DNA from: Epiperipatus broadwayi
Lineage: Eukaryota; Animalia; Onychophora
DNA: 64,000 nucleotides
Direction of reading: 5' to 3'
Assembly: GCA_028023455.1 (NCBI GenBank)
Contig: JAQFVV010000008.1
Coordinates: forward strand, 16,306,001-16,370,000
This document shows, one piece after another, positions 38,630-50,100 of this stretch; within the stretch, counting starts at the first letter, position 1, and every line of letters begins with the position of its first letter. The position numbers and the translations under genes are program-made. The notes under the pieces were generated by a model. The model worked only from the letters and a program-made list of their open reading frames with translations. It did not search any database and had not been told where the DNA came from.

Positions 38630-41600
38630 CTAAACTTATCCTTTCATTAGTCTATATAATATTGATATCTCTTTACTAATTGCTAGTTAAGCCTCTGCTT
38701 TATATAAACCTACTTTCTTCTATATAAATTATTTAATTATCTTTTTCCACTTTCAGTTGGCCATAATATAATCACCAGACATTCTTAAAATCCTACTTCA
38801 TCACTGTTATTCTTAATTTGCTTATTGCTACTTCTATAACCAATTGACTAAATACTCTAAGCATTTTAATTCACATTACAAATATAACATTGAACATTTT
38901 ATTTTTGCTATTCATTTTCATTACTTTACATTTAGTTGTGTTTATTTTTCTTTCAACGTAATACATATTATATCACCATTATTTTACATTATATTGTGGT
39001 CCCTTGTTTTTTAAAAACCTTCTTGCCTATCTAACTATCTCTCTTAGATCATATGTATGTTAACATATTTATGAATACAAAATATTAAATATTATTTTAA
39101 GCATATAAATATAAACACAAAAATATTCCTGCATAGAAAACTTGATGAAATGGTCCTGAAAAAGTATCTTGATTATTAAGCACAAAGCCTTGCTTGTGAT
39201 AGTTACAATGAGATCTCGGGGATTTTTTTTTTTTTTTGAGGATAAAAAGTTTACATTCCAAGAGAAAATCCTCAGATATCTTTCCCCCTTTTAGAATCTA
39301 GTCAATCTTGCCATGAAAATATATATATATTGTAGTGATAATATTGTATATTTCAACATTACATTAGAATATTTTCAAAAAGATAATGCAAAATAAATAT
39401 TTGCGTGTTTTTCCCCTTGTCTACAAATAAACTTATTTAATTTATTACGGAGATATTCTCAAAAGATTTGAGGAAAAATATTTCTCTCTCTCGCCCATTC
39501 TTCTTCGAGAAAGTAAAAAGATGGAAAGAAAAATGGCTTTGCTTTTAAATTATTCTTTTTCGACATGAAGAAGATTTTAAGTTTAAATTATAGTATAAGT
39601 TTTGAAACAACAGAAAATTTTTTATATAATGGTTTTCAAAAAGGACAATGAAGTGTTAAATTAAAAGTAAGATACTCATTAACTCGATTCCAGTATAATT
39701 GTTGAATTGTCAAATTCTCCATTTTTGCTACAGTACTATTAGCATATGAAGCTCTAATAATGGACCACTAAAGAAAGAATATTACTTCACAATATTAAAG
39801 AAAAGCATAAGGATATAAATGCCTTGAATGCTTATTAAAAAGAATTACTTCAAAATGAGGTTGAAGAAAAACAAAAGTTTTCTTTTTCAAACTTACGGTA
39901 AGATAATTTGAAATTCTGAAATGGTAACTTTTATTATTGAAATTATTATTTACGAATAAGTGAAAAAAAGACATTCACAAAGCTTTAATGTATTCTGAAA
40001 TAATTATTTCTGAATTACTTTGAAATATTATTTATTTTCTCTATTCATTTATGCATGATAGAAATTTATTATTGATATTCAAATTCGTTAGCTTAATAAA
40101 CTGTGTATATTTAAAGAATAAACTTTTTGTAATTATTTACGAAAAGCTATGTAATACTCAAAGCTAAGTTATTTATATTTTTGAAATGACATTACTTAAG
40201 AGTTTTGAACCAAAAGAAGATAGGAGAACTTTTATTTATGGTCTTTTAAGCGAATAATACTTAAGTGAGGAAATTCACAAAGACTATAATGCTTTATTTT
40301 ATTCATCAATTATTTTCTTATATTTTTCATTAATAAATTATTCTTTATTAATAAAATTTATTACTTATTATTTCACACGCAATACTTTGTTATAACCATT
40401 AAATAAATTGTAGACAAATATACACTTGCAAATAAAGTGATATTAATAAAAAAATACATGTAATCCATAGAATAAACCCCCTCATAGCTTTGAAAACATG
40501 CCTTCCCTGTAGTTATGACTGGAATGTACAGTTTCTAAATACACAAATATTTAAAGTAAAAATGAATGCTGAACTCAAAATTATTATTTCCATTACATAA
40601 ATTATATTTAGCTATAATTATCTGTACTTCAGCATAAAGTTACTGTTACAATATGTAATAACATTTCTTCATATAAATGATTCCCTGCTTGAATTTATAC
40701 ATAAGAAAACATGAAAAAATATTTTGCACATAGGTATTTGTATGTCTGTATACAAGTGCTATTTTCAATCAATATATTTAATCACATGACTACTAATGAT
40801 TTATAAGACATAATTTTTTTGATGCTTTTTTCATGTACATGTGCAAGTATTAATCTAAAATTAAAATAGCTAAGACAATAAATAAACTAATTTCAATAAA
40901 ATATCCTCAGCTATCAATAGAAACATATCTCTAGAAAAATCATTACTATGCCATCATGAGTAGTTGTTTCGTAATTAAAATGTCAATAACATAGCAACAA
41001 ATAAACAAATTTCATTTACTAGAATAAATATAATGAAACTATGATAAAATGGAATAGGTTGTATCGTAATAACTGAATTGGATCTTTCTTAGATTGCAAA
41101 ATAACACAGCAATAAATGCTATCAATAGAATAAACCATAAATACAATGGAATAATTATTTAACCAGAATAAAAAAACAAATAATCCTGTTGATTGGAATA
41201 AATATTGTAAAATAATATAATAATTGTAATGAAGGGTTAAGTTGCACTATGCTTACCAAGCACTCAGCAAAACATTGAATTGGACTTCCTTCTACAGATT
41301 TCTATTCCTGATTGACCCATTTGTAGCAATTCTTATAAATTAAAGATAAACAAACTTATAGCAATAGACTTGACTATTCAACAAACTTAAGCTGTTTTAT
41401 ATATATATAAGGCATTTATTACTGATTTATTTTAAAAAAAGTTAAACTTTTCTTAATGACTTATATCTTCCTCTCGCAACAACTAATAATATTTTATCCT
41501 ATGCAGATAATAAGCAATTGATGACAAAGCACACAACAATTTACTAAAAATCAATAACAGCTGTCAGGTAAATTGTCCTAAATTCCAAAATATATCTTTA

Positions 41601-42220
41601 AAAATCCTTCTAAAGTTTTATACAATTTTGGGTAATTTATTCAGATTTAATAAATATAAATGAAGAGACTCATGTTGAAATGGTTCGCACATCTATCTAA
41701 CATGCCCATTACCTAACATTCAAGTTTGAATCTTGAAATTTTTTCAGATAACTAGCTGAAAGTAACCAACAAAGGTCAGTAAGTGAGTATTTATATAGAA
41801 GCAGAAGCCCCAGATTAATGAATTGGTCAGATCAGTATAAACTAAAAAAAAAATTGATTGTAATATGATCAGTTTTCATTGATGGGAAGTGTTCATAATA
41901 ATATGGCTGCTGAAAAGTTTATAAATATTTACTAAAATAATGAGCTTAAATTCTTTTATTTTTAAAAAATAATAAAGTAAAAAAATTTATTTGAAAATAT
42001 TTATAGATAAAATCTAACAATTACAAATATTTCATGGGGGGAAAAAGTTCAATTCATAGGTGAATAAATTTTTAGTTTTGCAAATACATCACATTTCTCA
42101 TTTATATATTATGTATGAGATTCTATGCATATGTATGTGCAAATTTAAATTCATTTTAAATATCTTTAATATTATGTAATTTTGCTATTATATATGTAGA
42201 TTAATGATTTATGGCAATAC

Positions 42221-42692
42221 ATATAGAGAGTTTTGCCTGCTTTAATAACAGTTATAAGCAAGCATACCTAAGAAATGATGATCATGTGATGTTTATTGGC
42301 TTAAACCCAATCCTGCCTAATAGGATAGTAGTGGCTATGATTATTAAAAAACCAAAGACACCAAAATGTATAGGTATTGAACTGAGTTCAGATCTATATG
42401 ACTACATAAGCTAATGAGTTTGAATTGAAAATATTATAGTGTTTTCAATTTAAGACTCATGGTTTTGTAGTTAAGTAGAGATAAAAGGTGGCTGCTGGAA
42501 GGTTGCATTAGATCCTAAGATCTAGGTGCAGTACTCTCAGATCCAAGGCTCCTCACTGACGAAGGCCACAAGCTAGAAACTAGTCTGGGGATATTGGATG
42601 AGTAGGCACTAGATGGGAATTTTACGCACAAGCCTTCTGGCATCCATCGATTACTCTGGCTTGCATAGAGAGTTTTGCCTGTTTTAATAACT
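42221..42692 (+). mobile_element. Penelope-like pLTR / retrozyme-like unit, about 442-nt monomer with terminal redundancy
   Basis: tagagagttttgcctg(c/t)tttaataac occurs at 42224 and 42666 (period 442). It contains RIVVAMIIKKPKTPKCIGIELSSDLYDYI, resembling a PLE endonuclease C-terminus, followed by a hammerhead. Confidence 0.7.
42536..42602 (+). ncRNA. Minimal type I hammerhead ribozyme motif (core intact, weak stem II)
   Basis: Stem I 5' strand ctc-ag-atccaa-ggct-cctca; CUGACGA at 42556-42562; stem II aggc/cacaa/gcta; GAAA at 42576-42579; palindromic stem III CUAG; cleavage triplet GUC (C at 42585); stem I 3' strand tgggg-ata-ttggat-gag. Confidence 0.8.
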
Positions 42693-42874
42693 CGCAATAT
42701 CCTTATTTCACAATTTTCACATATTAATTTAAAAAATATTTTAAAACTGATTATTAAAAAATGATAATTATGGCTAAAAATAAAAAATATTTAACTACTG
42801 CATATCTAGAACATGCAAGCACACACAAACACAAAATCAACATAAAATTAAAATAGCTTTGTAAATAATCCTAC

Positions 42875-43096
42875 CTCTGTAGTCTTCAAATGTGATTATA
42901 GCAATTTCATTATTTTGGTGGACATCTACACAAGTAACTTTGCCATCGAATGAAAAATGAGTGAATAAAATGTCTTTAGTAAATTTTGAAGATAAATTAG
43001 AAACTTCAATTTGTGACGTCATTGGGATTTGTTGAATATAAGAAAATAAGTCAGAAAATTGGTGATTTTTGGCCAGATCTTTTATTTTTAGAAAAT
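42875..43096 (-). CDS. PARP14: PARP14-like exon: RRM domain (222 nt, phase 1-1)
   Basis: Acceptor tttttttattag at 43098-43097 and donor AG|gtagga at 42874. Open frame FLKIKDLAKNHQFSDLFSYIQQIPMTSQIEVSNLSSKFTKDILFTHFSFDGKVTCVDVHQNNEIAIITFEDYR matches the RRM pattern (I-x-V-x-x-L...L-x-x-H-F...G-x-V...A-I-I-T-F-x-D). The ATG at 43022 could alternatively be a start codon. Confidence 0.85.
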
Positions 43097-45000
43097 CTAA
43101 TAAAAAAATAAAAAAATGAATCCATGTTAAGAATATTCAATTACAATTGATTTTTTTCCCTCCAACAAAAAGAAGAGGATTAAAAAAACAACACAGTACA
43201 GTTTAAATTCATATTACAAATTCAATATTTTATATAATTATTTCAAGTATATCAATTTCTTTCAAAACTATTTTTTTTCAAATTCAAATTTTATTAATTA
43301 ATCTTAGATTCCAATTGTTCAACAATCTTTTTCAAATGTCTAAACAAAAACAGATTGGACAATTAAAAACATAAGTAATTAATAAAATATGAAATTACAA
43401 AAAATAATTATAAAAAAAAAGATTTACTAAAATATATTGAATTATATAAATAAAAAGAAAATAATACTTATATAAAGCATATGATTGATATATGCCTTTG
43501 GCATATGATTGATAGTCTCTGCACTGGCATATTTAAAATTATTTAGGATGATCATTTTATATTACTTTCTAAAAAATAAATATAAATATGACAATACAAA
43601 GGCAGCTACATTAATTCATGAATTGGATATATGATAAAAATATAATATAGGTAATCTTTAATAACTAAAAAAAAACTGGGATTATGTTGCCAAAGTTTGA
43701 AAAGATGAAGGAAAAGTTGCCAATAAATAGTAACTGAAGCTGTAATGCAACCAGTTATTTTGGGATATTTGTAATTAAGCAGTTGTAGACCAAGTAACTA
43801 AGGTGGATTGACCAATTAGGATCCATTCCTGGAGTTGCTACTAATCAATCAATGATGATAATAATTAAAGTGCCATCCTGTAAAAACCCAAATTTGATAG
43901 TCATATAACCTCAGTACTCTGTTTGATGAAAATAAAATAATGAAGAGAATTGAACCATAAGTGGACTAACTGATATGTGCATATGTATAAAAGCATTGTA
44001 GTTATGTACCAAAAAAAATCAAATATTATAACTAGCCGCCTTGGCCTATGACTTTTCCAATCTATGTATGTATGTATGTAATATAATATAAATAATACCT
44101 AAAAGATTATAAGCATTTATAAACCTATAAACATAATTTACCTGCTTTTCAAAATGAATTATCATATCATCCTCTCCTATCACTTTGCTAGTAAACTTTC
44201 TAAACTTCTAAAGTTTTGACTTTCCCACATAGCATCCATAATATACCCAGTCCAATCAGGAAGTAGTAAGAATTCCCCATACCAAGAATTCTTTTAACTC
44301 TAGTATGTACCTTAAAATATTGACAAATTAAATGACAAATGCACTAAGTAGATGAAAAAAAAGTTGATTTATTAATAACACTCTAATTTTCATCATAGAT
44401 TGAACATATGCTAAATTTTAATCTATCTTCTTTTCCGTCAAAGGAAATTTAAACATTTCAACATGATTATTCAACTCAAAAAGATTTAATATGGAATATT
44501 TTTTGTATCCTTTTTTCTTATGGTGAACTTCACTGAAAGTGCACTCAGCTTTACATTATAAAGAAAGAAACCACTTCATTATGCAAATGAACAAACATAT
44601 GCAAATTTGAATTAAAAATACAAATGAAAAACAAAATCAATATTATATACTGTACTTCATACATTAATCATTATTTCCAATAACTCTGGAATTGATGTAA
44701 AATAAAATTTAATTTAATTTATTATGTAAAGGACATCTGCGTGTAATTATTTAAAATTTTAATTTTTCATAACTAACAATGACTGAATGATAACTATCTT
44801 GTTACCATTACATGTGCATTTAATCCTGTGTTATTTCAACAAATTCCAGGGTTTATATATATATGAATATAATCTGAGTCTTCATGGTAAAAATATATCT
44901 CTTAAAATTAATTATTTAGGAGACTAAATCCTATTATCTCTTACATAAATTGTATAAGAATATTATCTGCATATTAGACAATGGAAGATATAGGTTAAGG

Positions 45001-45492
45001 CAGGGGTGGGCAATTGTTTTGGCTCGGGGGCCGCATATGTTGGCAGAGGGCCACATTGGGGGCCATTTTGGAAGTAAAGGTTAGCGGAGGGCTGCACCCT
45101 TTTTTCATGACCCAATAAACACACTGCTGTATTCCCTGTTTTACCAAAAAAATTTGTTTTGTCTATTCTTCATTAAACACACGACATTCATCACCAATTT
45201 TACATTTTTTCGGAGGGTTCATGGTTTCACTAAAGTTGGAAATGTATACATTTGCTAATGCAAAGACAAAATTGAAATTAAACAGATCAACTGGAAAAGC
45301 ACTGCACATTGTATCTACACTGCGCATGTGTAATGACATGGCCATCCTGGTGAAAAATACAAGACGAATCTTTGGTTGCACATGGGAAAGAAATCTCAGT
45401 TCAAGGTGGATTTTTCTGATTGTCTTGGCGGACCGCATAAAAACTCTTAGAGGGCCATATGTGGCCTTCAGGCCGCTATTTGCCCACCCCTG
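45001..45492 (-). mobile_element. Non-autonomous hAT (Charlie-type) deletion derivative with terminal inverted repeats and 8-bp target-site duplication
   Basis: Terminal inverted repeats caggggtgggcaa (45001) and ttgcccacccctg (ending 45492). Perfect duplication ggttaagg at 44993-45000 and 45493-45500. The minus strand retains a transposase start, MNPPKKCKIGDECRVFNEE*TKQIF. Confidence 0.92.
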
Positions 45493-46987
45493 GGTTAAGG
45501 TATGCTTCTGCAAATATTTTAACAGATATCTATAAAGCATGCGTTATTATCCACATATGACAGATATGGATTGACATTTCCATCGAAGGATATTAGCTAT
45601 AATTATTTTTTTTAATACTTAAAATTCTTATTTCATACTTCATGCTATGTTTGTCTTTTCTATCTCTCTTGAAGCAACAAGCTAATACACAATTTCTTTA
45701 TTTCTGATTTTGATAGAATGTAATTAATGGACTTTTTGAAAGATTATATAAGACTTGAAGAATATTTGTAGCTGAAAAATGATTTCTGATAAAAAATATG
45801 TATAAATTGGCTGAATCCAGTGTTACACTGTTTCTTATTATTGTAGGGATTTACTATTTTATAACTCTGGATGAAACTTTTGTGCATTTTTGCAAGCATG
45901 GAATGTTATATTAGATTATATTAGTTGGCACAATTCACCTATTATTATTTTAAAAAGTATTAACAAAATCATTTATAATCCTTTATACCTAAGCATTTTT
46001 TCTGGTTCACCCCTATGAAACAATCCTCCTGCTCATGTTAACACTATTTATCCCTTTTGATTAGCTAACAAGTTCATTATTTTGCAATATTCTCATGCAT
46101 ATATTTATTAGAAGTGGTGGTCATGTGATGTTTATTGGCTTATTTATTAGAATACTGAATATTTAAATAAATTAAGCTTACATTTCTTTCATTGTAACAA
46201 TAAAATTTATCATTATGAACTCTTGGATTTATTAATCCCTAGCTACTCATTTAGCCTGGTCAACACATGATCCTTGCAGTCATTCTAACTATTACATTTG
46301 CATGCGCATTCACTCATACATTTAAATCTATTCAACATGGTCTTTCTTTATAATTGTCAATTTTAAAAAAATGGACTGAATTTTTACTTCTTAGTATTCA
46401 TTATTTCAATTTATTACTTCATGTAGATATTTATCAATGTATGCCCCCTCCCATTCAAAATGACTCAATTTCAGTATCTTTAGAATATTAATAAGTATAC
46501 ACTGAAACCGTGTTTTTTATCAATATAAATTCTTATATAAAGACAAATAATATATCACATTTACATATTATATCTGATAATAGCAGATATATAAAATAAA
46601 TCTTTACTTGAAGAGATTACTTGTAGATGTCAGATATATATAATTAATATATTACATTTTATATGATTAAATTCATTACATAACACCAATAAACAAATTT
46701 TATAAATGAATGTAAATTTGCTTAGACTTTATTTACTGTTGCTATTAACAATGAATATATATTTTAAATACATATAAAAATACAAAAATATTTTATAATT
46801 ATTGCACAAATAAGGATAATATTAAAATATAAACATGTCAATTTCAATATACAGTATTTTTTTTTATTACTGATATAAGTTTATTATTATTTTCTGGTCT
46901 CAAGATTTTTTTTTTTATTGTTAATTCTTTAAGACATTGTTTAAGAAGTTTTTAAAGATAAAAGTTATTTACAGTTTCTAAGCATGA

Positions 46988-47127
46988 AGAAGAAATCTAT
47001 AGTTTCTAGGTATACTATCTTCCTAGTCCTGTGCAAAAATTAATTTGGTGACATTGGAGAAGAAATCTATAGTTTCTAGATATACTATTTTCCTAGTCCT
47101 GTGCAAAAATTACTTTGGTGACACTGG
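46988..47127 (+). repeat. Direct tandem duplication, 70 bp x2
   Basis: agaagaaatctatagtttctag(g/a)tatactat(c/t)ttcctagtcctgtgcaaaaatta(a/c)tttggtgaca(t/c)tgg occurs twice, offset 70 nt, with 4 differences. Confidence 0.92.
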
Positions 47128-50100
47128 AATAGGATCCTGCCATATGTATAAAAGTAAATGGATTCTGCATAATTTCAAATTGTCCTTTTTTACTACAATA
47201 ATATTGTACAATGATCAACTCTAGCCATGTCCAATATTACAAATTTCTTAAAACAAATAGAATGGGAAAAGAAGACAGTCAGAATTGTAAAAAAAGATTA
47301 ATAGTTCAAAGAATGGGAACAAACTGAACAGGAGTTTGCCGCCATCCCATCCCAGTTTTACTCAGGATAAAATATTTCTTCCATGTTTTTTTACTTCAGA
47401 AAAGCAATTATTAAACTTATTTAGCATTCATTAAATAATATGACAAATTCTAGACATTTTAAAACTATAAATAATCAATATTTATTAAGAGTACTTATAA
47501 AAATGAGAGAAAATTATTAAAAAAGATAAGAGGGATAAGTAAAATCTTTTAAATAATGTTTATCAATTTTTTAAAAGAATAATTACAATATTCTTTAAAA
47601 AATGCTGTTTTTAATTAAAGACTTTTTTCTTCTCTATCTCTCTACAGAAATGCAAATTGTTTTGCAGGATTAAAGAATTACCCTGTTTTAAGTAATTAAG
47701 GGAAAAAATAACTGCAGCAAACTTTTTCAATAATTATGATATAAGTGGACATTTTAATTTATAAAAGGGAAATGTTTTTGTTAAAAAAAAATCAATTGGT
47801 CCATGATTAATGCTGTCATGTGTGAGGTAGTCTGAAAAAAATAAAATAGGAATGAAGGCAGTAGATTTCAGTATCTAGTAAGTTATTCTTGATTTGGCTG
47901 TTAAAAACAGCAGAGTATAGCTGTTAAGAAAACAATAGCAGTTCAGCTCTGTAGGTGAGAAGTTAAGAATGCAGTCTAACATTAGAATGATCTCACTTCT
48001 AGTTTTCAAAAAATTATTTTTGAAATGGAGTTAAAAAACCATGTTAATCTTTAATTAAAATGTGGGCTTTGCCAACCTAACTATGTAACTTGTTTTAATA
48101 AAAGAAAATATCACTAAAAGAAATTTGCACCAAGTCTATATCTATCAAAAATCATGACTATTTCCGCCTATGCTAACCTGGCCTAAAAATCTGTTAATCT
48201 AAAAAATATATTATAAAATAAATAAATTTAACTTGTTAACTTCTTAGAAATTAATATAATTTAAACTGAATATTTGAAAAAACTAGAAGAAAAGGCTGAT
48301 CTGGAAAGAAACTAAAAATTATAACCATAAAAGAACTAAGAGAATGAAATCCATGATAATAAGTTATAGTGTGGACATCTATATATTTTTAAAATGTCAT
48401 TACTAATAGCAATTAATTATTTTGACTTAAATTATTTATTTTTTCTCTCAAAATGTATAAGGCTATTGGATCTTCCCATTTTCATAAGGGGAAAATTCTA
48501 GCTAATCTTAAATTTTTATCTTATATTTTCAGATTTAATTATTATATTAAAAGAATAATTGAGTTAAAATGGATGTAAATTAATAAGAAGCAACAGGAAA
48601 TAATCTTATTTCTTTATGAAATTGTATTTATATAAAATGCTGAGATGGTATTTTCTGCCATCTCATATATATATATAAGATTATTTTAAAATAATAATGT
48701 TTGAAATTTTTTTTTTAAGTAGATTTTTTTTATCTCCAAGAAATCAGAATTTCTTCATTTTAATTATTTAATTAAATCCATTATAAATCAAGATAAAATT
48801 ATATCTTGAGATGTTTTTTAACTAAAAGTTTTTTGTTTAAATTGTAATTCTTGGAAAGATGTGGCTTAGGAAAAGGTAAAAAAAAAAAAAGGTATAGATT
48901 TTAGCAATTAACTCTACTGTTAAAACTCAAAATACTAAAAATATTTTGTAATTAAATATATTGCTGGAGAATCTATTATGCAAATTGAACCAAAACTTTT
49001 TCCACTAATTAAAAAAGAAATGTCCAAAAAAGAACAAAAATTAGAAGTGTAAAAATATGTCTAAAAATAAAATATTAGGTGTGAATCCTTCGTGAAAGAA
49101 AAAAAACATAAATTACGAAGTTTTCAGTTTGTTAACTTACTTGGACTTGTACATTGAAAGTACCTTGGAGAGAGACTGAAAATATTATATTAAACAGCAC
49201 CAATGAAACGTTCTCTGGCTAAGGAACATCAGAACTTCCCCCTTGGGGAAATACATCTCATAACCATGCCTGGAACTATCTGAGCAAGCATCAACCGAGG
49301 GAAGGAAGGATTTATCAAGCTAGCTGAGGATATCAAAAAACCAATGGGACAAATAGGGGATTCATGACAGCAATCTCAAGAAAAATTATATAAGAACTTT
49401 GACCACATGGAGAAAGTTGAACTACTGATCGATCAGAGTAATTATGAATTTTTATTCAAGAACTTTTCTTTTGATTGGCATAATAGAGTAGTAGACTCCA
49501 TTAATTTAAGTGTATAAAAAGTTTCAACAGTAAAGATGGGTTTTAAGAGGGATTATTTTTATATCATTTTGTATTAAGTAAAAAGGGGTATAAGCTTTTA
49601 CATTACTAACTTTTTATTAATCAAAATTGTTTGTTTTTTTTGGTATAATTTTCCTTCATTTATTATGTTCAAAATATGTGTAGATTTAAGTTCAAAATAA
49701 ATGTTATCTGCTCAATCTAGAAAGTCAAACAGGGAGAATGAAGAGAGATAAAAAGATTAATAGTTTCAACAATAAATACAGGAACCTTAATCCAGAATCT
49801 GGTGTTTGAAATAAGGATGTTCATGATTGCAAGCAGCAGCAGACACTTAAACCATCCCTTAGGGTTTGAATAATTATTAATCGTGAAATGGAGAGGGTGT
49901 GAATGGGGCAAAATAATCCCATTCTCAATAGTAAGTCAACCTTCAATCTCACCCACATGGAAAGTCATTTTAAATAGTTAAATTGCTGTCTCTCATAGTG
50001 TTTGTGTGGCGCATGTTCCCTTGGGAAAGATATTAAACAGTTAATTAAGGATTGCAATTATTAAAACAAAAATGGGAATGGGAAATAATAAGTTCATTTG

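Larger units (their letters stand above)
13493..43096 (-). other. PARP14: Partial gene model: PARP14-like macro-PARP (RRM - KH-like repeats - macrodomain), join(43096..42875,34781..33324,16098..16003,13561..13493); 5' and 3' ends not in the resolved model
   Basis: Four exons, each with AG/GT borders and all phase 1-1, join without stops: ...AIITFEDYR-V-IPQVIKNKHVLLGQVMQV... / ...SSLYK-D-FCDAKISVKCGNIV... / ...NSLN-R-GTISQSIVAAAG.... The RRM-KH-macro order is the known PARP14 architecture. No PARP catalytic domain was seen, so the family call rests on domain order and motif recognition, not on orthology. Confidence 0.8.
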
